Source: Eledone cirrhosa
Taxonomy: Eukaryota
DNA: 64,000 nt
Assembly (NCBI GenBank): GCA_964016885.1
Contig: OZ024743.1
Coordinates: 171,926,001 to 171,990,000, forward strand
Direction of reading: 5' to 3'
Shown here: piece after piece, positions 54,231 through 64,000 of the stretch
Layout: each line of letters opens with the position of its first letter
Numbering within the stretch: position 1 is the first letter of the stretch
The notes under the pieces: generated by a model
The model's database searches: none
Told to the model about the DNA's origin: nothing
The model's input: only the letters and a program-made list of their open reading frames with translations
Program-made: the position numbers and the translations under genes

Positions 54231-55145
54231 ATGTCCAAACAATCGTCCAAAGAATTGTGTAAATACAAAAACTATCTGGTTCTCTCCCTCTTCTCACTCA
54301 ACGTTAAAACTAATGTAGGAAAAGATTTTTTAGCTCCGTTAGATAGACACTTTCGCATAGGTCAGAAATACCGCTCCATCTTTAACAGACACAGCGTCAA
54401 ACTAGGACACTCCTGCGCTAAGAATATGAAGGCCCACATCACCAACAGCCCTAAGAGCAGCGCCCCACCAGAACCTGAAGCTTGTTCCTTTCAACAACAA
54501 TGCAACACACCTGCTGTAGTTTATGACGCTGTGGTCACTTCCAACCGACCAAATCAACAACAGGAAGTTAAAGCCTATGTAGGAATGGCGGAGGTCCGGT
54601 TTAAGGAACGCTTCCTGAACCATCAGTCGACCTTTAGATACCCAGACAAACGATCGTCCACGAAACTCGCGAGCCACGTATGGTCCCTCAAAGACTCAGG
54701 TGTAGACTGCTCCATCCAATGGAAAGCTATCACTAAGTCCAATCCACACGCAATGGGCAATCCGTCTTGTGGACTGTGCATTAAAGAAAGGATCAATATT
54801 CTGAGGAGATTACGCAATAGCGATTGTCTAAATTCAAGGATTGAGCTTTTTTCACGTTGTCCACACGCCTGGAAACACCTCTTGGATAATTACAAAGCTC
54901 CTGATTGAATAACATCAACATCTAATATTCTAATCAACTCGAATAATTTATTCCGGACATTCGCAGTTATCTCCCTCACACCATTCGATCGTGGGACTAT
55001 ATCGCCTGGGATAAGTGACCGTTACTGCGCATGCGTATTCATACAGTTGTTTTTTCCTTTTCCGTACCACCACACTCAGACCTAGATGAAGATCCGTAAT
55101 GTGAAACATTTGCTCTCTGTATGGTGAACTAAGTGTTGTGATATT
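54231..55145 (+). mobile_element. Penelope-like element family D 3' fragment (GIY-YIG endonuclease)
   Basis: IFNRHSVKL, VVYDAVV...YVGMAE..FKERFLNH, CGLCIKE, LNSRIELFSRCPH. Confidence 0.88.
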
Positions 55146-55328
<183 letters not shown>

Positions 55329-56200
55329 CGAAGAAAATGTGGTAAAGAACCAGATGGACCATAACGCACCAAAGTACTCAATACTTAGGGTAGTAGAGTG
55401 GGTAATAGGAACAAGTATGACCCCGACGGCAGAACTCAAGCCGTTTCGACGGCTAATTCTGGACTATATATATATATATATAGTTAAGGCTTTATTGATT
55501 TTTCCCACGATTTCACCAAATTCTGTGGATGAATCTATATCCTGATTCTTTTTAATTGAGTTTGAATTATTTTCCTACATCTTACGTTAACTATTTTTCC
55601 ATTTTCTATTTTTCCATTTAACTATTTTTCCATTTTCTGCGCCGGTGAGGTCCTGGAAATACTCTACGCCAAAGACCACATCTTAAACAAAAAATCTGAG
55701 GCAATTTCTGCTTGTAAACATAAATTGCACAAAACTTTCCTGTATTACAGCCCCACATTATACCCTAACTGATAGTTCGAACTATACGCGGATATTTTAC
55801 GTCTTGATGTGGTAGCTAAGTATATGTTATGTTTATACCCTTACTTATTTGTATAGGTAAGTATATTTTACCTGTATGTTTTGTGAAGGTACGTATACTT
55901 TCTCGTACGTATATTTACTTGTATATGTTATGGCGTATATATTATATATACTGGTACATGTGCATATGGTTATGCGTATACGTGAGTTTTGCGTCTGTGT
56001 GAGTATGCGGGTTCGTACGTATGTAGGGCGTGTGTATATGTGTACTTTGTGTTTTGGTTGACGTACGTCTCCGTACATATGTGTATTTACAGGTGGTACG
56101 TGTGTGAGCGCGTTTATACGTATTTATGTGTGTATATTTCTATACGTTGATTTTTTTTAGTTTTAGAAAATCCCGTTAAGGGTGAAAGCAGCGATTCTTT

Positions 56201-59200
56201 CTCAGACTCAGAATCTCCCGCGTCTTGCAGCGCAGGAGGCAATCATAATGTTCCATCGCGTTTGGTCAGCAGCCAGTTGCACAGTGTCCCGCCATTGTCT
56301 GTTTGTCGCTCGCAGGTCCCTCTCAACTGTCTGGCGCCAGTTCATTTTGGGTCGCCCTCTCCGTCTGCTTCCCTGCGGGCTCCATTTAAGTACTTGGTTC
56401 GCCAGTCTGTCCGGGGAAAGTCTCAAAGCGTGCCCAAACCAGCCCAGGCGTCGCTTGCAGATGGTAGAAGAGACAAGCTGCTGGTTGGTGCGGTTCCTGA
56501 CTTCCTAGTTTGTTACATGGTCACGCCATTTAATCCCCAGGATCTTTCGCAGATATCTGGAATCGAATGCGTCCAACTTCTTCTCTTGGCTGGTCTTAAG
56601 GTGCCATGTTTCACTTCCGTACAAGAGTGTGGACAGCACGTTGCTGTTGTAGAATATCATCTTTGTTTTGAGGGTGAACTTCCTGCTCTTCCAGATCTTG
56701 TCAAGCTGGTTAAATGCTGCTGAAGCCTTTCCCATTTTACATTGCAGTTCACTGTCCATGGTGCCCTCATTGTTAATGGAGCTTCCTTGGTAGGTGAAGT
56801 TGTCCACTATCTCCACCTCGCCCTGTTCAATGAAGACACTGGTTGGTGGTGGGTGTGGCCCAGATAACATGCTTTTGGTCTTCTTGGCACTGATATTGAG
56901 ACCTAAGCTTCCTGCTTCGACATTGATATTGTTTACAATGATTTGCAGGTCAACTGTGCTCTCTGCAAGTGCAGCAATATCGTCCGCAAAGTCCAGGTCA
57001 GACAACTTTTGCTCTCCCATCCAAGATATAACCCAGTCTTTAGACGCTCTTCTTAGTACCCAGGCTATGGCAAAGAGAATTAGAGAGAGCGAGCAACCTT
57101 GACGTACGCCAGTAACCACCGCAAACAAGTCACTGTAACCATGCACTGTCCTTATGCAGCACTTGGAGTTTGAGTAAATCTGTTTGATTGCCGAAATGAC
57201 GTTCTGGGGCAGACCATACTCATGCATGATGCTCCAGAGCGACGGTCGATGAATGCTATCGAATGCTTTGGAGAAATCGATGAAGCCGATGGCGAGGGGC
57301 CTCTAGAATTCGTTGTACCTCTCAATGATGTGGCGTAGCGTAAAGATCTGCTCTGACAGGAACGTTTTGGTCGGAACACTGCCTGTTTTTCTCGCAGTTC
57401 CCGGTCTATCATGCCACGCATGCGGTTCAGGATCACTAGACAATAGACCTTCCCTGGTATGGAGAGAAGTGTCACTCCCCTCCAGTTGTCACAATCGGCA
57501 AGGTTGCCCTTCTTGGGGATACAGACAACCGCTCCGTTTCTCCAGTCTTCTGGGACTTCACCCGTGCTCCACACAAGATTACATAAGTGGCCCATCCACT
57601 TGACCATGCTTTCGCCTCCTGACTTCAGCATTTCAGCAGAAATGCCATCCATACCTGGTGACTTGTTATTCTTAAGGGTTTTGATGGTCATGCGGACTTC
57701 CTTCTCGGTAACAAATTAATAGGTTCCTTAGTGTCTGCTGGCATACGTGGCTCCGGTCGGTTGAGGACTTCCTTGAAATGTTCAGCCCATCTGACTAACT
57801 TTTCTTCACCCTTGGAAAGCAGCGTACCATCTTTCGCTTTCACCAGGACTTAGTTAGCTCTAGAGCTGCCGGTGATTTTCTTGGCAATTTGGTACACAGA
57901 GCGCATGTCATTGCGTGTCCCAGCTGCTTCTGCCTCCTCTGCCTTACTCTCAAGCCACATTCGTTTGTCCTTTTGGGCGCTGCGTTTCACCTCCTTGTCC
58001 TTCTCAACATAGTGCTGATATACTTTGATGGCCTCTGGGGTAGTGGCATTCCTCTGCTGGTGTAGGTCTTTCCTTTCATTAATCAGCTGCCAGGTGTTGT
58101 CGGTGACCCAAGTTTCTGTGAGGGACTTCCTGTAGCCCATGATTTCTTCCCCTGCAGCTTCATGGTCTTCTTCATTTCCTCCCACCAATTGACCGAGCCT
58201 GGTGCAGACTCCTCAAGGACAGCAAATCAGTTCCTCAAAGCAGCCTCGAACTGTGCTTCTGTGTCACCGTTCTTCAGCTTGGCAGTGTCAAAACGCCTTG
58301 TAGTGGGTGCTTTCTTCTTTTGCTTCCTCAGTCTGATTTTAAGTTTGGTAGCAGACAGATAGTGGTCACTGCAGACATCTGCGCCTCGGTAGACTCGGAC
58401 GTCCTGCAGGCAAGGAGTTCTTCATCTTGAGCCAATTGCAATGTAGTCTATTTGCGTCTTGGTCCTGTGGTCGTTCGAAGCCCATGTGACCTTGTGGATG
58501 TTCTTGTGGTCAAATAGTGACGAGTCGATTTTCATATTGTTCATGGCACAGAACTGGACAAACCTGTCCCCGTTGTCCGTGCGGTTTCCATAAGCATGGG
58601 GGCCAAGGACATGTTCAAAGCCAGCCCTGCTTCCCCCAATCTGTGCGTTCATGTCTCCCATGATGATCAGAATGTCATGACGTGGGGTTTTGTTGACAAC
58701 ATCTTGTAGTTGCTGGTAGAAAGCGTCATTGTAATCGTCGTTATGTTCGTTGGTTGGAGCATAGCACTGAGCTAGGGTGACCTTTGTATGTGGTGTGGTG
58801 AATCTTGCTGTCATTAGGCGTTCGTTGATAGGAGTCCACTCCTCAAGGGCACCACTGGCAGCCCTGTCAATGATGATTGCAACTCCATCTCGGTGGGTCC
58901 CGTTCTCACGGTCTGAGAACAGGATGGTCTTGTTTTCATGGACAAACTTTCCAGTGTCAGTCCAGCGGACCTCGCTGAGGCCCAGGATGTTAATTTTGTA
59001 GGCCTCCATTTCTTCGATGACTTGCGCAAGTTTGGATGGTTGGTACAGAGTTCCAATATCCAATACGTGTGGTTGTTTTTGAAGACAGAATTCTGGTCCT
59101 CAGGATGTCGGCTTCCTCATCGAGACTTTCGCCGACACCCGTCATACAATCTCCGGTTAGAGACAACCGTTCTCCTGACTGCTTGGAATTTGAATCTGTT

Positions 59201-59630
59201 GCACTATGAATTGTTTTCGTAGCAGGAGAGTTTTTCCGGGAACAGGTCGCTGACCTGAAGCCCAACCACTGACATTTAGTAAAGAGACAGTAAGTGGAGT
59301 AGTCTCTGGTAAAACGGCAAACCGATGGCCATGGAATATGGTGTGAGTCGCCTTCAGTCCTGGACCGGTGCCGAGGGAGGATTTCCTTCTGCTTTAACCA
59401 GTGGCTTCCTTGTTGAAGCTCATACGCCTAGTTGTGCCGTGTCAACACCACCCCCTCACGTGGTTCAGTCCACCAGCTGAAGCGGTGTGCTGGGGCATGG
59501 CGCTTGGAGCCACACGTGAGAGATTTAGGTGATTGGTGGGGCCGGTGATGACTGTCCACCCTACCAGTTAGGGTGCAGCTGTCAACCATCTAGGGTACTA
59601 CCCCTGCCCAAGCCCCTATGCCCCTATTTT
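56201..59630 (-). mobile_element. Near full-length decayed RTE LINE inserted into the repeat family seen at 1-2100
   Basis: APE 58422-59063 (LSEVRW, CYAPT, GDMNAQ, TQIDY); RT KSPGMDGI, NWRGVTLLS, GVRQGC, DLDFADD; (TCTGAG)2 tail; host sequence gcgattcttt|gcttaaactttaatc is split across the element. Confidence 0.92.
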
Positions 59631-59657
59631 TCGCTTAAACTTTAATCTGTTATTTTA

Positions 59658-59744
<87 letters not shown>

Positions 59745-59830
59745 GGAGGTGAGTTTTATTGTAGTACAATAAAGCAATGCAGCTATCGGATAAGTAGCAC
59801 TCTACAGTTTGTAGGACTGGAGTATAAATA

Positions 59831-60217
59831 ATATATAAAATCAAAAGATGGTTAAAAGAGTTCCATGTATTTTATTATGCCCATTTCAAAAACAAATATC
59901 ATCATGCGATGACATTTGCGTTTTCGTCAGATAAAATAGGGAGACATGATATGAAGGTTAAAAAACACTTGTGAATAGTGCAGTTTTAAATCAACATTCC
60001 TGTTCCCGGAAAAACTCTCCTGCTACGAAAACAATTCATAGTGCATCAGATTCAAATGTTGAATTAAAACTGCACTATTCACAAGTGTTTTTTAACCTTC
60101 ATATCATGACTCCCTATTTTATCAGACGAAAACGCAAATGTCATCGCATGATGATATTTGTTTTTGAAATGCGCATAATAAAATACATGGAACTCTTTTA
60201 ACCATCTTTTGATCTTA

Positions 60218-60222
<5 letters not shown>
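59831..60222. repeat. Inverted pair of ~168-bp hammerhead-bearing termini with a LINE-derived spacer
   Basis: Arms 59831-59998 / 60055-60222, homologous to 29388-29506; the spacer is the reverse complement of 59188-59246. Confidence 0.9.
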
Positions 60223-60270
<48 letters not shown>

Positions 60271-60274
<4 letters not shown>

Positions 60275-62803
60275 CCATCTAAATCTGACCTTGGCAGACT
60301 TAGCAAAAATATTCTGGACAGAATAATACCACAAATTAAGAATTTATCTAATTTATCTTATTTAAAATTATGGAAAGGAACTAGTGAAGTTATCGATTGG
60401 TTTAAAGAAATTAAATATAACTATAATAATAAGTTTATTCAGTTGGATATTGCTAACTACTACTCATCTATCACTCCTAATCTACTGCATAAGGCACTAA
60501 CTTACGCATTTAAACATACAGACATAACTAGCAATGAAATGCACATTATATTATCGACACGGAAAACATTAATAGAATTTAATAACCAACTCTGGACTAG
60601 GGCAGATAGAAATAATAATTTCGACATAACTATGGGATCTTCCGACTCAGCTCAGGTAACGGATCTTGTGGGCCTATTTATAATTAATTCTCTACATAGA
60701 AAAATACCTGCGATAACCGGAGGTTTATATCGTGACGACATGCTTTTACTTATAGAAAATAATAACTGTGAACTAAATAGAAAAAGAAAACAAATTATAC
60801 AATTTTTTAATTACCTTAATCTAAAAGTAGAAATAGAGAATAACCATGTTGTAACACTAAATCTTAACACATGTCTTCATTATCCATTTCACAAACTAAA
60901 TGAGAACTTAAATTATGTCAATTTTAACTCTAATCACCCCAGATCCGTTAAAAATACTATAGTGAACTCTGTACAAGAACGAATTTCAAGAATTTCAGCT
61001 AATAAGAATATATTTGATGAAAAAGCACATTATTGCAACGATGCGTTAGGTAGAGCTGGGTATAGAAATAAAATTAAATACATCGATAATAATAATAATA
61101 TAACAACTAACCATAATCGTAACAATTTTAACAATGGTAACAATTTTAACAACTATAATAGAAAACCTTACATTAATTCCGAAAGCCGAAAAATAACTAG
61201 GAACATATTATGGTTCGATCCTACTTTCTCATTAAATATTAAAACCTCTATTGCTAAACTATTCTTTAAAGCTCTTGACAAATGCTTCCCTAGAACACAT
61301 AGATATTACTCAATTTTTAATAGACACTATAAAATTAACTTATTCTTCCACCAAAAATTTAGCGCAAAATATTAATAGAATTAATAATAGAAATTTAAAA
61401 CCTAACCAAAATACCAATAATAACCCAAGCAATATCCAATTTGATAAATGTAACTGTAGAAATAAATGTAACTGTCCGTTAAATAACAATTGCTTAGCTA
61501 AAAATGTAGTATATAATTGTAATGTAAAAACTAATTTAAATTCATTTAATTATGTGGGATCTACTTCCACAGAGTTTAAATCCGGCTTCAATAATCATAA
61601 AAATTATTTTACAGATCCAAACAAAAAAATCTTCAACTTCTCTATCTAACCTATTATGGGACCTAAAACTAGAGAACGTTGAATATTCGTTGATGTGGAA
61701 TATTATTTCAAAAGCTACTCCTTTTAACTCCTCTTCAGAAAATTGCGATCTTTGTATAGAGGAAATATTCTTTATATTAAAGACCAAAAATTCCCTGAAC
61801 TTAAGGAATAATTTATTCAGTTGCTGCAGACATAGATTAAACTCAACGTTTAAATATAAATATAAATTTAAAATGTTGTATAATTAATTAAGTAATTTGG
61901 TTAATATATGAAACCTGTCGATAAATCATTAGATTCCTTCATCTTTTTTGATTAAACACTCAAGTATAAATAACTTTTCTTCCTAAATATAAATATAATA
62001 AACTATTCTAGAGAAATATATTGAGAGCTCTTGAAAGGAGAAAATATTTCCTATTTCTTATTTTTATTTTTTTTTTTTTATTTTATTTTTTTTTTTTTTT
62101 TTTTTTTTTTTTTATTGTTTTCTTATTGTTCTGATAGCTTCTCACATTTTCGAAAGTTTATCCTTTCAATATTTTGAGTTAAATACAAGTAAGATAAATT
62201 TCTATACTAAATCTATTAAACATACTATTATTTTAACTTAAAATATTCTATAATATTTTAAAATTGTATTGCTTTTAAAGTTATATTGCTATAATTATAT
62301 TTCCAAATTGTAATATAATCCTTTTTATGTACTCAATTATACTATGCACTGTATCGATGTATACTTCTCTCTATATGTGAGTATATATGTATATGTGAAT
62401 ATTGACATACATGTACATATGTTCTATGCGTTTTTATGAATATATGTCTGTCTGTATGTATGTGTATGCGTGATGCGTATCTACCTATTGGCTGAGGGTA
62501 CACACACATGTATATATATGTATATGTGAGAATTATATATGTACATGTGCGTGTATATCAAATACAATTTGATTGCACTTATGTATAATGTTTATTCCAA
62601 TGATTCCTGACAGATAGACATATAATTAACAGCCATAAATACATAATAGGTAATCTTATATATATATATAAAAAATAAAACAAATGTTATTTAATAACAT
62701 AAAGTGTGTATAAGATTAAGTTAAAGAATCCTTTATGCTTTGTGTGTATATATTATATACATAGTTAGATATGGTATGTATTTTATAAGTGTGTATATAT
62801 ATT
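60271..62803 (+). mobile_element. Penelope-like element family C, 5'-truncated, frameshifted, 3' UTR cut off
   Basis: PSKSDLG, QLDIANYYSSI, ITMGS, GLYRDD, SNHP, VVYNC..YVGST, CDLCIEE; highly similar to 26122-27530. Confidence 0.92.
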
Positions 62804-64000
62804 TATATCATAAATCATGTCTTTAGAATTATTAGATAAAATATATACCGTTTCTTCTTCCAAATAGCATAATTAACCATATAAAAAATCAATTAGACCA
62901 AGCTATAAGAAGAAAGGCTCTTATGAAGAAATCTTCGACAAATAACCGAAAGTGGCCTCTTCGCGGTGGCCCCAATATAGTATATTTATCCAACATTTCG
63001 ACAGCATGTGGAAACTGACTAAATATATCATCAACCATACACAATTAGTTGTAAAATTAAACTTAGAAGAAATGTGTACATACCGTAATTATATCTCTAC
63101 CATGGTTTCATCCGTATTTTTAGACATGCAATTAATAGGAATGTCCTGAGTTAGGATTCATCAGGAGACAAACTCAAAATCAGACATCTAGTTTTTCAAC
63201 CTGATCGCGCCGAAATTAGATTCAAAAATGGCTAAGAATCGCTATGTGGCTGTGGTCAAGCTAGAAAGAATGTGATTGGCTGCTTACGGCGGGTAGGCTT
63301 GTTGCTAGAAAGCGCAGCCAAATATCGCCAAATTTAATCTCAACCTAACGGGAGATTATTAAATATAAAGTTTTACATATACATAAAGTTATAGATATAT
63401 ATGTTGCAACCGGTCACTTTTAAGCTCTATGAAGAATTAATAAATTAAATAATCAGAGCAATATATCATAAATCATGTCTTTAGAATTATTAGATAAAAT
63501 ATATACCATTTCTTCTTCCAATTAGCATAATTAACCATATAAAAAATCAATTAGACCAAGCTATAAGAAGAAAGGCTCTTATGAAGAAATCTTCGACAAA
63601 TAACCGAAAGTGGCCTCTTCACGGTGGCCCCAATATAGTATATTTATCCAACATTTCGACAGCATGTGGAAACTGACTAAATATATCATCAACCATACAC
63701 AATTAGGTGTAAAATTAAACTTAGAAGAAATGTGTACATACCGTAATTATATCTCTACCATGGTTGCATCCGTATTTTTAGACATCCAATTAATAGGAAT
63801 GTCCTGAGTTAGGATTCATCAGGAGACAAACTCAAAATCAGACATCTAGTTTTTCAACCTGATCGCGCCGAAATTAGATTCAAAAATGGCTAAGAATCGC
63901 TATGTGGCTGTGGTCAAGCTAGAAAGAATGTGATTAGCTGCTTACGGCGGGTAGGCTTGTTGCTAGAAAGCGCAGCCAAATATCGCCAAATTTAATCTCA
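62804..64000 (-). repeat. 658-bp tandem repeat with one hammerhead per unit (retrozyme/pLTR-like); runs off the window end
   Basis: Duplicate ORFs at 62952 and 63610 (offset 658); units are nearly identical. Confidence 0.9.
63092..63170 (-). ncRNA. Type-I hammerhead ribozyme, canonical core (second copy 63750-63828 has GAAA changed to GCAA)
   Basis: Minus strand: tgtctc-CTGATGA-atcc...ggat-GAAA-ccatgg-TA-gagata; palindromic stem III ACCATGGT; GUA triplet. Confidence 0.88.

Noticed and set aside
55075-55120. Hammerhead at the end of PLE family D (tagatgaa...gaaac)
   Set aside because: Core and stems are too degenerate to call.
59440-59630. HDV-like ribozyme at the RTE 5' end
   Set aside because: Known for some RTE elements, and a ctctcacgtg motif is present, but I could not assemble P1/P1.1/P2/P3 convincingly by eye; needs a descriptor search.
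62915-62960. Second, plus-strand hammerhead in the 658-bp unit (tatgaaga...ccgaaagtggcct)
   Set aside because: It lacks C3, a clear stem II and an NUH triplet in register.
62952-63807. Duplicated 65-aa ORF as a small protein gene
   Set aside because: GTG start, no motif, and antisense to the ribozyme; explained by the tandem duplication.

Overview
AT-rich eukaryotic DNA made almost entirely of microsatellites and decayed mobile elements, with no supportable host gene. The SINE and simple-repeat landscape resembles an octopus or other cephalopod genome; this is my inference, not a database result. Recognisable elements are a near full-length but RT-deleted Tx1/L1-type LINE (6.9-12.4 kb), an R4/Dong-type fragment, several RTE LINEs, a CRE-like fragment, Helitron fragments, a hAT MITE, tRNA-derived SINEs, a 24-bp minisatellite, and many copies of at least four Penelope-like element (PLE) families. 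The main finding, from reading the sequence by eye, is a dense set of type-I hammerhead ribozyme (HHR) folds: more than 20 copies from about a dozen distinct sequence families. They sit in PLE termini, in fold-back palindromes and in non-coding tandem repeats resembling retrozymes (about 310 bp and 658 bp units). One family carries a fixed compensatory U3-A8 core (UUGAUAA). Another carries an atypical CAGAAGA core with a covarying stem III. Several short locally templated insertions and inversions are also present. Folds were made by hand and cleavage activity is untested.
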